NCBI GenBank assembly: GCA_022813865.1
Contig: JALDZX010000082.1
Span: forward strand, 1 to 64,000
Length of the DNA stretch: 64,000 bases
Source of the DNA: Xylographa opegraphella
Taxonomy: Eukaryota
Direction of reading: 5' to 3'
Within the stretch, counting starts at the first letter, position 1. Each line of letters opens with the position of its first letter. A program made the position numbers and the translations under genes. The notes under the pieces were generated by a model. It ran no database searches and was not told the origin of the DNA. It saw only the letters and a list, made by a program, of their open reading frames with translations. Below are positions 38,061-50,599 of this stretch, piece after piece.

Positions 38061-38680
38061 TTGCAGCGTAGCCGCTCTAAGGATGAGGGGGTTCTAATCG
38101 AACATCGGCCGCTAGTGAAGCAGTATTTCCGCTCCGATCAGTACAATATTCCCTCTTTCGATTTAGCTTCCTCGGGGCCTTGGCTTTCCACAACGCTGCA
38201 TTTTAAGCGAGAGGTCCCCTCGCGCTGGGATTACCTGGTTGCAGCGTAAATGCTTTAAGGATAAAAAGGTTTAAATTCAATTTCGACCGCTGGTAATGCA
38301 GTATTTCCGTGCCGAAATCAGTATAATATTCCCTTTTTAATTTTAATTTCCTTCGGGCCTTGATTTTCTACAACGTTATATAGTAAGCGAGAGATGTTTT
38401 TATGCTGAATTATTTAATTGCAGCGTAATTACTTTAAATATAAAAGAATTTAAATTTAATTTCGAGCGTTAATAAATAAATAATTCGCCTCGATTAATAT
38501 AATATTTCCTTTTTAAATTTAATTTCCTTCGAGCCTTAATTTTCTACAACATTATATATTAAACGAAAGATTTTTTACGCTAAATTATTTAATTGCAGCG
38601 TAATACTTTAAAAATAAAAATTTTTAAATTTAACTTCGAGCGTTAATAGGCAGATAATTCGCTTTAATTAATATAATATT
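38061..38680. repeat. ~178-bp tandem array, about 3.5 copies, progressively AT-enriched
   Basis: Anchor TTGCAGCGTA recurs at 38061, 38239, 38418 and 38593, and the units align. Confidence 0.9.
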
Positions 38681-38740
38681 TGTAACGGCGTGTTACATGG
38701 CACCTTAATAAGTGATAGACGGAACGGGACTAAAGCGCGT
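38681..38740. mobile_element. 5' end of an LTR (same family as 57987-58217), truncated by gap
   Basis: TGTAACGGCG start; 59/60 identical to 57987-58046. Confidence 0.9.
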
Positions 38741-38850
38741 NNNNNNNNNNNNNNNNNNNNNNNNNNNNNNNNNNNNNNNNNNNNNNNNNNTTTTATTTTT
38801 ATTTTTATTTTTATTTTTATTTTTATTTTTATTTTTATTTTTATTTTTAT
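38741..38850. other. Assembly gap (N 38741-38790) followed by (TTTTTA)n microsatellite
   Basis: Directly visible. Confidence 0.95.
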
Positions 38851-40892
38851 TTATTTATCGCGTAATTTTGCTTAATTTTTTAAAAAAAATCGAATGGTAA
38901 ATAAACGAAATTTATCGTTGCTATTAAATTTTTTGATATAATAAATATGCCTTTAAATATCGTATTAATTGGTAAATCTTTATAATAAAATGTTTTTTAT
39001 TCGACGATTGTAAATAAATTTTCCTAAAAGTTGTAAGCGAAACTGTAGAATAATTATTTTATTAATATAAAATTGTATATTAAATCTTTTTTTCAAATTA
39101 TCATAGTTAATTTCTGCTTTAAGTAATCGATTATAATTTTATTTTTCAAGGTCGTTATTTTTTAAATATACGTATAAAACGAGTTTATCGATAAAATTAA
39201 ACGCCTCGTTATTGTATTTATTATAAATTAATTTACGTAATAAGGCCAAGACTTGATTATTAACGTCGATTTAATATTTTTATTGATTATAAACGCGCTT
39301 GATTTTAATCGTAGTCTTTATATTAATATATTTTACGAAAATATTTTCTTCGAGAGATAATATATTTAAAATTATATTTTTCAATGTATTAACTTTTGCT
39401 CGCAGTATTTTATTTATATCGACTTTTTTAAATAATAAAAATAGTAATTTTATTTTTTACGCCTACGTTCATACGCTACGTATTAATAAATAAATATCGA
39501 TTTTTCGTAATCATTTATTATAATTACTAAGGCTTTATAATTAATAAAAAAATAAAAAAAATAAAAATAATATTGTAATATCAAAAAACAAAGTTTATTA
39601 AAATTTAATAATTTCATAATAAACTTTTTTAATGTAATTAAAATGTAGTCGAGTTTATAATTTATTAAATTTGAAAGGTATATAATTAATTTTAATAAAA
39701 ATGAAAAAATTATTCAGGGCGGAACCTTGAATATATTTTATATTAACTATATTTAAAAAATTCGAATGAAAATAAAAAAGGAAATAAAGAAAACTCGTAG
39801 GATTTTCGTTTATTTTCTAAAAACTTTTATTCTCGAGTAATTATATTCGCCTCGAGAGCGCCCCTCGGGGACTCGAGCTTGTAAGCTTTCATTTCAATAA
39901 TATTTAATAATTATTTAACGAATTCGGCTTTTTTATTTAAAAATCTTCGAGTTTTTATACTTTTAATAAATAATTTCATTTATAATAATAAAATCGTTAT
40001 TTCCATCTTTTAAACGAGGCGTATTAAATGTTTTCGAATTAATAATTTTACTTTACTTATTAACAAATTAAAAGTAAATACGTTTGAATTCAATTTTATA
40101 CATTATTAATAATTTATCGTTATTTTGATTTGGATTCGTTTAATTTCGTGACTTATGAAATGATTAATTGATAATTTTAACGCTGTTTAATTAAATAAAC
40201 TTTTAAAATTAAATAACGCCTTTGTTTATTTAATCAAATTAAGGGTTGTAATTTAGCGATAAATTTTCAATATTACGCGAAATTGAATTTAAACGTGTTT
40301 GCTTTTTTAACTTGTTAATAAGCAAAGTATCAACTCGCAGGGATTTAATGCCCCGTTTGAGGGAGTGAGACAAATGAAATCGTTGCGATATTTTAAAAAT
40401 ATAAATTATTTATTAAATTACAAAGCTTCGTATTGCGATAACGTTAATATTATTCTTTGAAAGTTACGGAACTCCATTTCGAGGAACTCTTTTTAAGAGG
40501 TGCATTAATGAAACAGGTATAATTCTGCATAATAGTATAATTAAAATTTAATTTCCATAAAGAAATAGTCCGGCTACAAGCTTGCAAGGACCGTCTGGCA
40601 CCAGTTCTTTTGAAACAATTAGTACTTACCTATTGCTAAACCTCTCTCTTATGGAATTACCGATCTACGATTCTACTGGATTATAACATTGCCAGTCTTA
40701 TAAGCGCAGGAAAATTTAAGCTTGACCTTGGGTTATAAAATGCTTTGGTGAGTTTAGATATACCGCAGGTGGGGAACGACTTTCTGTGATTATGTATAAT
40801 GTCGTCAAGCACCGGATTAATAACCATCTTTAATTATAGGCTCTCCAAGGCTATGAAGATTTCGGCATTGTAGCAACTTCAAAACCTTAATC

Positions 40893-41558
40893 ATGGACAC
40901 TACAGCATATTTGACTAATCAGGGTTGGCTGGGTTTAGGCCATGCCCTCCAACCCACTGGCGTTGGGATCACAAAGCCTCTGCTTGTCTCACATAAATCC
41001 AACTCCTTTGGCATCGGCAAGAAGAAGCATGATGCCAATGCAGATCAGTGGTGGGCCAGAGCGTTTGACATCAGCCTTAGGGGTCTAGAGGTTGGCAACA
41101 ATCGTGCCACGGAAAGTGTCAACCCCCGGGAACGGGGGCCAATGGACATGATCAAGGCAGGCGGAGAGAAGTCCGCTGGGAATGATGGCTTGTATGCGGG
41201 TTTTGTGCGAGGTGAGGGGCTGAGCGGCACAATTGTACCAGAGAAGCCGGCAATAGACAAGGGTAGATCGGTTATCACAAAGAGATTAGAGAGTCCGCGG
41301 AATGTCCAGAAGTTTAGTAAGGAGAGGAAAGGTACAGCACGAAAACAGAGAGATGCAGACGCAATAGCAGAGCGTCCGGTTAGAGGGGAAAAAGCTGCAA
41401 GCACGACTCGTGCAAATGGGCAAATCGTAAAAGATCCCAACTCTATCTTGGAAACGTTGTCGAGTAGGGACAAGCGACGTCAACGACATAGGGCGCAAAT
41501 CAAGAGAGACTCGAGGTGTTGCGATTCTTCAACGATTATTCCTTCTCAGTCTAGCTGA
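40893..41558 (+). CDS. TMA23: Tma23-like G-patch ribosome biogenesis protein
   Basis: MDTTAYLTNQGWLGLG...KPLLVSHK...GIG...DQWWARAFD...L...GLYAGFVRGEGL, followed by a basic tail. Confidence 0.75.
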   Translation: MDTTAYLTNQGWLGLGHALQPTGVGITKPLLVSHKSNSFGIGKKKHDANADQWWARAFDISLRGLEVGNNRATESVNPRERGPMDMIKAGGEKSAGNDGLYAGFVRGEGLSGTIVPEKPAIDKGRSVITKRLESPRNVQKFSKERKGTARKQRDADAIAERPVRGEKAASTTRANGQIVKDPNSILETLSSRDKRRQRHRAQIKRDSRCCDSSTIIPSQSS

Positions 41559-41882
41559 TGGGTACAAACCAAGCAGGAGGACGCGAAGGACGGACAAGCA
41601 GGAGTTATGGATCCCCTTAGACCTCAATATTCTCAGATCTTTTAGGAAAAGAGAAAGGCGGGCGTGAAAACCTGTTAGAACTTGATCAAAACAAAGGGAT
41701 GGAAAGGGCCCTTACAAACGGCCACAGATCCAACCAATTGTTAAGGGTTATGATAAAACTAACAGACAGGGAAAAATTTACTGCAACATTATCCGCGTTT
41801 CGTAGTACTCATATCACGGTGACACGTAATACGTATTATAGGAAGTAACTATTAGCGTGACGTACTTGGATTTGTATCTATA

Positions 41883-43053
41883 CTACCTAGGCCGACCCGA
41901 CAGCAGCCACGGTCTTCTGTGCCAGAAATCGTCTTTGATGAGATCCAGGTGGTCGACTAGGATGCTCATTTTGTCTCCTTTTCTCTTCTCTTTCTCCTGC
42001 TGTATCCTTGAAGCTGGACTGGATAGTACTGGCCCACACTCATCTGAGACGTCTCTTGTGCTAGGCGTGTCCAGTACGTCAAACTATACTCGTCTTTAGT
42101 TTCACCAGTTTGAGGCGGCGAAGGATTTATATACACTTCTGTACACAAAGCTTCCTTTCTTAAATATCTCGGGTTCTTCGTTGTAGTTGATTCCGTAATT
42201 TTTGAAGAGTATTTCGTTCTTATCAGCTGCCACCGTTCCCTGTCATAATGTCAATGATTTATCACCAAAATACTTTGCCCAGCATCTCTCACCTTGAGTT
42301 TGTCTTCAGCCTGGGTTTTTGGAATGCCACCCTTCGCAACTAAAGCCCAAAAGGTGGTATTATATAAGTTGTTTATATGACCTATGATAGGATTAAGCCA
42401 TTGTCAGGCAGGAAGACTGTTGTTGTTTACTCACAGTCTACTTGCCTCCAGCAAATATAGTCCCTAAGCGGTCTCTCGGCAGGGTACAGCACGGCTCGCC
42501 CATCGAAAGACGGCAATGGAGGAGACAGTGGCTTGGTTGAGAAATAAAGCGACCATAAGTGGGTATAATAGGAAGTAAAGCTAGAGACAATGGTAGTGAC
42601 GATCTTGCTATGTCGCTCGTATCAATGCCGGTTCCTTGTATTGACACACATTAACTGTTGTGGAAGTACCTTTCCCTTCTGTCGAATAGCGTGCAAGTTT
42701 TGTCGAAGACAAAGCTTTTCGTGTTACTTTTGGTCATTGCCTATCAAGGAGTAGGCAATCACCTGAACTCGTCACTAATGCCATAAGCAAAGCATATGTC
42801 AGGCAGCTCCTTCAGTACCCCAGTGGCAGCGGCGTTCATAAGATCAAGAGCTCGTCGATCGTTAGGCTTCTCGAATCCATATTTACTCGATAATCTACCG
42901 CAATCAGACGGACCTCTTCTCGCCATGGTTCTGAATTCAGTGTACACACTTGTGGAAGCCGCGCCCATCAATCCGGACAACGATATATGTGAGTGGCAGT
43001 AGGTTATCGGACTTCTCAAAGGTTTTAACGTATTCGTATTTGGAATTGGCCAT
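41883..43053 (-). CDS. THG1: tRNA(His) guanylyltransferase, 7 exons
   Basis: [13 protein letters not shown]...[11 protein letters not shown]...KPNDRRAL...YGISDEFSF...[11 protein letters not shown]...[19 protein letters not shown]...[15 protein letters not shown]...DLIKDDFW. Six GT-AG introns give an intact frame. Confidence 0.95.
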
Positions 43054-43608
43054 TATGCTTTGGCTCAGTTAGCTCAGTCAGTACCTCAAATGTGTCACTG
43101 AGTAACAAGATATAAGTCAGCAGCGATTGCCTCGGTTTGTCGCAGCACTGGGACCCTTATTTCGGGCACATTGTTGCCCGATGACCGAATGTTCGGATCG
43201 GCCGATCGAACATCATCCTAGTCGAATATTACGTCCGATCAGGTGATGCATACGTACGTATCAGGTAATGCATACATAATTTTACGTAATTTTACGTAAA
43301 ATTTATATAAGTTATATAATTAACGTTATTTACGTTTTTTATATAATTATATTATATTAATAAATTATTTCATTAGAAAAATAATTCTTGCTTAAAATTC
43401 AAAGCTTTACGAGTCGTTTTAAAAAGTATACTTTTTGCGTATTTAACACGTTCAGCACGTTTAATACGTTTAACAAAAATATTTACTTTTAACCTTTTTA
43501 ATAAATATTTTATACATTTAAAATACGTTTAAAATACGTTTAAAATACGTTTTCAATACTTTTTCAAAATATAATTAAAAATAATTAAAAATAAAATAAA
43601 TTATGAAG

Positions 43609-46600
43609 TGATAAAGTTCTGATCAATGTTGTGTGAAACAGGGGTCGGGGGAATCTTCTTCCGGATGCCTCCTTTGCCTCCTCAGGAGGCGTGAAAGGCA
43701 TGACCCCTTTGCCTGGATGGCCTCCTTCGGGAGGCATAGGAGGCATTTTAAAATAGGGGTTTTATATAAAATAAAAAGGTTTTTTAATTATAAAGGCGTA
43801 TTTGATTTATATTATAATTTTAAACTGATAGGCTACAATATAAATATTATATGAAAATTATTATATTTTGAAAAATAATAAATTTATTGTTATATTTATT
43901 TATTAACGAATTTAATTTAAATCCCTAATCGAATTATACTAATAAAAAGCAGAATCGTAATATTTTAAATATTTTTAAAATAAGTGTATTAAAAGCACGA
44001 TTAAACACAATCCCAAGCATTATAAAAAATAATAAAAAATACTATAAAAATAACCGTATTAAAATAGAGAAACTCGATAAATATAAAGAAAATAAGGATT
44101 ATTTAAAGAACTGGCTTATACAAATAAATATATTCTTCGGGTTTTAAGGGAATAGTATTTTAAAGCTAAAAAAATTATTCTTTGTTATTACGTATATACG
44201 AGACCAAGCTTAGAAATGAATCGTTTTTTATTTTAAAAAATATTTTAAAAATTTTGACGACGAAAACTTTAAATGGCTAAAAAGCTTTGCGACATTCAAA
44301 GTCGAAACTAAAAGAATTTTTAAATTATGAAATGAAAAAAATATGGCGATTCGAATTATATAGCATTTTAAATGAATTTTTTATATAACATATTTAACTC
44401 GATTTTAACGGTTTGCAACTTAAACTGAGTGGGACAACGATACTTTAATAATAATATACCGTAAAGAACTTAAAAATTTGATAAAAAATAAATTGATAAG
44501 AACTGGTACTATAATTAAATTATAAATTAAATAGTCGAAATATATATAAAAATTAATAATAAACTTATACGAAAGGGCCATGAAACGTAAATACAAAATC
44601 GAAAATATAATAAAAACTGATTATTAATAGGGCGGCTTTAAAGCCAAAAAAAATTATATAAAACGCCAAATTTTTATGAATTAATACCAATAAAAATAAA
44701 TATATTTCAGGAGCAAAAGTAGGGATTTGGGAAATAATATTTACGAGATAAAATAACAGGAACTATTTATTACGTATATAGAAAAATCGGCTATATTGCG
44801 AAAATTGTCGATTAAAGAATAAGGTGCTTAAACTATAAATAAAAGTATATTTAAAATATTTAATTAAGTCGAAATTTAGGAAAAAAAACAACTAATTATT
44901 TTACTACAAGGAAAAAATACAAATTTATTTTAATTCCAAGCGATTAAATTAGTATTAATAAAAATACGAAAAGAATAATTTACAAAAAAATTAATATTTA
45001 AAACAAAAAAATAGCCCTTGAGTGGAAATCAATAACAACGGAAAAAACGACTTAAATATTAATAATTTACAAATTAAAAAAGATTTTAAGGAATAGAATA
45101 TCGAGTTGAATAATCTCGAAAACCAAATTTACAAAGAAATCAACGAGTTAATAACGCCGATAAAAACTAGGAAAATAAATATATAAAACTATTAAATAAA
45201 CCCAGAACATTCGTATTATTATATAATATATAATAGTATTTATATAAACGTTTACTGCAAAGTTTATTAAAAAAACCATAATTATAATAACTATACAGGA
45301 AAAGTCTATTGTAATATTTAAATCTAGGATCAATATTTTAAGAATAAATGCCCTTGATATCTTAAAAAAAACGAAAATATCTACGATTTTTAAAAATATA
45401 TAAAAATCTTGCTATAATTTTATTGCATACGAAACTCGTTCGAAAAAAAGCGACTACGAAAATTCGTTATAGCAATAATATTTCTATAAAAAATATATAA
45501 TATATATAAAAATCAAGGAAATCCACGGCTATTTTAGGCAGGGAAATTTTTATATATATATTATAAAAAATATATATAAAGATTAATATAATATACTTCA
45601 AGATATATTAAAAAAATCAGATTATATAAATTTTATAAAGATTTCGATTAAAATAAACGGTTATCGAACAATTACATTATTAGATATTAAAGTTAATTAA
45701 AATTATATATTTAGTACTTTCGCGGAGAGCTGCGGCTTTAAGTTTTTAAATTTATTTTAAAAATAAATTTAAAGAATAATGGCCGACGGATCACTAAGAA
45801 AGGAGAACAAACGATATATAATTTTTTATTTTTTTTACTATTTATTAATATTATAAAAATGAGTCTTTTATATAATTATTATAGCCAGGTGTTATATTAT
45901 TTTAAACTTATTTCTAAACTAAAACACAAAAATATTTGTAAAAAAGTATATTAACCGCATTATTAATATATATTTTATATATTAACAAAGGACGATAATA
46001 AATAAGTAAAAATCGAAAATCGATCGAGATTATAAGATTTTTATTTTCGAATAAAAATAATTTTACTCAAAAATTCGACTCGATACGCATTAGCAAGGGT
46101 CAGCAGGGCGAATTAAATTAAAGTTTTAAAGAAAGTAACGCATTTTTTAATATCCCTAAAGAGTATAAAACGTAAACATGATTTTTTTTTTTGAAAAAAA
46201 GGGCTTAATGGGTTATTTAAGCGCTAATCTTGGGATCATAAAATTAATATCGAATCAGGGAAGAAATCGATATTTAAATCTATATACGATATATTAAAAA
46301 AAGAATTTTAAAAGCTTTATAAATATATTAATAAAAGTTTGAAAAAATAATTTATACGAAAATCAAAATTCTTAATTAAATATTTCGTAATATTTATATT
46401 TAAAAAAATAAAAGCTTGAAATCTTGTATTGACTATCGAAAGTTGAACGATATTATTATGAAAAATCGATATTTACTACTAAAAATTCGCAAAATACGAA
46501 ACAAATTTAATAAAGTGAAAATTTTTCTCAAGCTTGATTTTAAAGGCGTATATAATTTAATTAAATTCAAAAAGGGCGAAAAGTTAAAAACTGCGTTTCG

Positions 46601-49600
46601 AAGTAAATATAAATACTACGAATATTAAATTATATTTTTTAAATTAACCAACGCACTAGTTATTTATGAAATATTAATCAACAACTTATTAAAAATACAC
46701 TTAAATTTAAAAGTAGTAATTTATTTAAACGATATATTATTTACTCGAAATTAGCAAAGAAATATATAAAATATATATAAAAAATACTCATATATTTGGG
46801 AAAAACGAAATTACTTTTTAAATTAGAAAGGTGTTCATTTAGCAAAAACGAAATAACCTTTATTAAATTTATAATCAATAAAAACGAAATTAAAATGAAT
46901 TTAGAAAAAGTATGGGCTATACTCGAATAGCTTTAATTAATAATAGCAGTTTTTTTTCAAATTTCTAGGGTTTACCAATTTTAATAAAGTTTTTATTAAA
47001 ATTTTTTTAAAAAAAGGCGATATCTTTGAGGAATCTCATATATAAAAATATAAACTTTGAATAGAATTTAAACCAGCAAACGAGCCTTTGGTATTTTAAA
47101 AGAAAATTGTGCAGAACCATCAGTTTTAATAATATTTTAAATAAAAAAATCTGCAAGAATAATAATAAACGTATTAAATTTAACAATAAATATATACTTA
47201 CTGTAAATACATAATGTGACGGCTATGACATCAGTCACAGGTAATAGGGGTCCGGCTGGATCAGGACTAGCACCTTTAGTATATAGTCTCGCCCATGGAG
47301 CAGCCACACCGCTTCTCCATCTTAATCTGGGTTGAAATCGTCCACCTAAAGCTTACGTTCTAGGCGTGCTTGTGTGGTGAGTTGATGAGCCGTAACACAT
47401 AACGGGAAATGGCACTTTATTATATATTATTTAAAAAAATTTACAAGTAAAATAGAACTATAATATTTACGATAAGAAATTACTCGTTATAATAGTATTT
47501 ATTCAGAATTAAAGAGTATATATAGAAAATTGCTTCGAGCTTATTATTAATATAAACTACAAAAACCTTTTGAGCTTTATAATAACTAAAGTACTTAATA
47601 GAAAATGAATAAGGTGGGTAGAACTTTTAGAACAATACAAATTCAAAATTGTATATATACCAGGCAAGGACAATAAAAGAGTAAATATATTTAATAAAAA
47701 AAAGTTATAAATAAAAAACCAATAAACGAAGTATTGCTACGGAAAAATAACAGTAAAGTTTTTATTTTGCAAAATAAATTGCGGTTTTCGAAATAAAAGT
47801 AATTGCTAAGAGTCTGATAAAATTATTACCCAAAGAAATAATTAAACATTATTACGAGAGTTTAGTAAATAAATATTTAGAATTTATCAAAATAATAGAA
47901 CTTATAAAGAAAAACTACGAATTCCTAAATACAAGAAAATATATAAAAAATACATTAAAAATATATATCGTGTTAAAAGAATAAATCAGCAAAATACGCG
48001 GTATACGAAAATATTCAGTTTTTAACTATTTTAAAGCAATCATAGGAGTAAGTTTTAATTAACTTTTTTATAAAATTATTAAGGTTAGAAAATTTAGCTA
48101 CAGAATTAAAATACGACTCGATAATAGTATTTATAAATAAATTTATTAAATACTTTATAATTATATCTTTTAGGGAAACGTTTATAGCAGAATAATTAAC
48201 TTTTTTTCTTTTAAAATAAATTAATAAAAGATTATAGTTTTGCAGCGAAAATAACGTTTAATAAAAATATATTGTTTACATCGAATTTTTAAAAAACTTT
48301 AATATTTAAAAAATATTAATCGTTTACTATCTATTAATAGATAATTAAATAGAAAGAATAAACCAAAATTTGAAAGTATATTTAAAGCATTTTATTAATT
48401 TCAAGCAAGACAATTGGGTATTTTTATTATTTTTTAAATAATTGGTATTAAACGATAAACAGTCTGCAACAACAGAATTCTCGCTATTTTTCGCAAATAA
48501 AAGCCATTATTTCGAGTTGTTTAGAAAAAAGAAACCAAGACTTAATAATAATAAAATAATAATATTAGTCAAGGATATAAAAGATACGCACAAAACGCTA
48601 TTAATAAAAATTAAATAAAACAATAATAAAATTACTGCTGCAAATACAGTAATAAAATAATGAATCTTAGCTTAAAAAAAGGGGATAAAGTATATTTTTT
48701 TACAAAGAAATTCACAATTAGCAGGAATCGAAGCAAGAAACTCGATTATATTTAGATTAAACTATTTTTAATTAGACAAAATGAAAAATCAATTAACTAC
48801 CTTTTTAATCTGCCAAAAACGCAAGAATATACCTAGTATTTTATATTTTTCGATTAAAATCAGCGAACGCGAGTACTATATTAGAAATAATATTTAAATA
48901 TAATAAAAAAAGAACAGGAATTCGAAGTAAAAAAAATTCTGAATAAGCAAAATCATGAATTATGTAGTCAAATAAAAGAAATATTTAAAATTAAATAATA
49001 CTTAAAAATTACTTACTAGCCTTGGGAACTGCCAGGAGCTTTTTCGACAATATTATCAAGTAGAGTTAAAATTTTAAAAAAAACCTTTTAAAGTTTTAGA
49101 AGAAAAAAAAAAAAAACTTCGAAAAAATCGTTAATAATAACGTTCGCCTCTCGACGTTCATTATTTTCCAAAGCTTCGATATTAAATATTTTACACTGAA
49201 ATATTTCCCGTTTCTTACTTTTAATATTTAAAAGCCGACGCTTTTCACGATCAAGGGCTTTTTTTAATTTAATTATTTATTATTTTATTTTACTCTTTCA
49301 TTTCTTTAAGTTACGACGATCGGCCTCGATAATAATTAAAAAGCAACGAGTTTTAGCGGCAATATAATTTACGTAAAACTTCGATTTCGACGAGATTTCG
49401 TAAATTAAATATTTTTTAATACAGCGATCGTAAGGATGCATCGTAAACTTTCTTTTGTTACGAATATTATGTGATTCAATTTTTTGGCAATAAACGTTAG
49501 ATAATTTATATTTTGATATAATACAAGTAAACTGCTAAAAAAAATTGAAAGTAAAAATCTGGCGAAGAAAGCTAGTAATAAAACTCTGGTTAATATTATA

Positions 49601-49937
49601 TAAAATAAAAATCGAAGGAACTTTATTTCGAATACCTTTTTTGCCTTCTCAGAAAATATAAAAGGCATGACTCTTTTGCCTTAAATGCCTTTTTCGGGAG
49701 GTATAAAAATATTTTAAAATAGAGCTTTTATATAAAATAAAGAGTTTCCTTTATTATAAAAAACGTGTTTAATTTATATAATAATCTTAAATTAATGGAT
49801 TTTAATATAAATACTGTACGAAAATTATTATATTTTGAAAAATAATAAGCCTATTACTATACTCTTTTATTCATTTATTGACGAATTCAATTTGAATCCC
49901 TAATCGAATTATACTAATGAAAAGCAGAATCGTAAAA
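43609..49937 (+). mobile_element. Full-length but hypermutated Ty3/Gypsy element (copy A)
   Basis: LTRs 43609-43962 and 49576-49937 (TG/TA start, CGTAATA/CGTAAAA end); TSD TGAAG / TGAAA; purine tract before the 3' LTR. RT remnant CIDYRKLNDI...KLDFKGVYNLI...KTAFRSKY (ORF 46416..46628), then RNase H and integrase remnants. Confidence 0.9.
47215..47397. mobile_element. Solo LTR (183 bp) inserted in Gypsy A RNase H region
   Basis: TGTGACGG...CCGTAACA termini; TSD CATAA at 47210-47214 and 47398-47402. Confidence 0.92.
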
Positions 49938-50599
49938 TGAAAATTTAAATTAACGAGTATTATTCGTAAATATATATTAACGCTGTAACTTTACGAATAT
50001 TGAACGTAATTGAAAATTTTAAGTGAATTCGTATTTTTTACGTAAAATTAGTTTAATTACGTATTTATACTATTTACATAAATTTAGTGAACAATTTGCT
50101 TAAAAAAATTTAAAATTAACTTTTGCTTAATTTTTATGTATTTTCAATTATTTTGAAATATGTTTTTAAGCAAATTATTTATTTTAAAATAATCTTTTAA
50201 TTTTTTAATTTAATAAAAATGTTGCTAAAAATGCTGAACGAGTTAAACCTATTAAATACGTAAAAAGTAAATTTTTGGTATACAAAATTTAAAATTTTTA
50301 TATTATTTCTACAGATTTGGTTATTGCGCAAAAATTATATTTTTTGATCGAATTTCCGTTTTTTATTAATATTATTATGAAACGAGCGCTTGATTACAGA
50401 ATTTATAATTTATAATAATATAAAAAAATTGAATTGTAATTATGAAAGGAAACTTCAGGTATATATTAACTCGTTAATATATAAACAGAGCAAAAAAAGA
50501 GAAATATAAATTAAATTCAAGTTTAAAACTTACAATTCGTAATAAATTTTTTTGATCAAAAAAAATAAATATTTACGCTAAATCAAATATATATATATA

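Noticed and set aside
38085..38105. GGTTCTAATC resembling a Pol III B-box in the first array unit
   Set aside because: No A-box or cloverleaf, and the motif is not kept in the other copies.
38851..40560. AT-rich degenerate block (and likewise 10448-11400)
   Set aside because: Clearly hypermutated, but no termini or domain motifs could be recovered by eye, so left unassigned.
42736..42759. 8-bp hairpin (ATTGCCTA/TAGGCAAT) inside THG1 intron 2
   Set aside because: A single short stem can arise by chance; no supporting pattern in other introns.
43420..50280. Weak inverted similarity between the flanks of Gypsy A (~43425-43480 vs ~50215-50270), hinting at a host TIR element
   Set aside because: Too short and AT-rich to distinguish from chance without alignment statistics.
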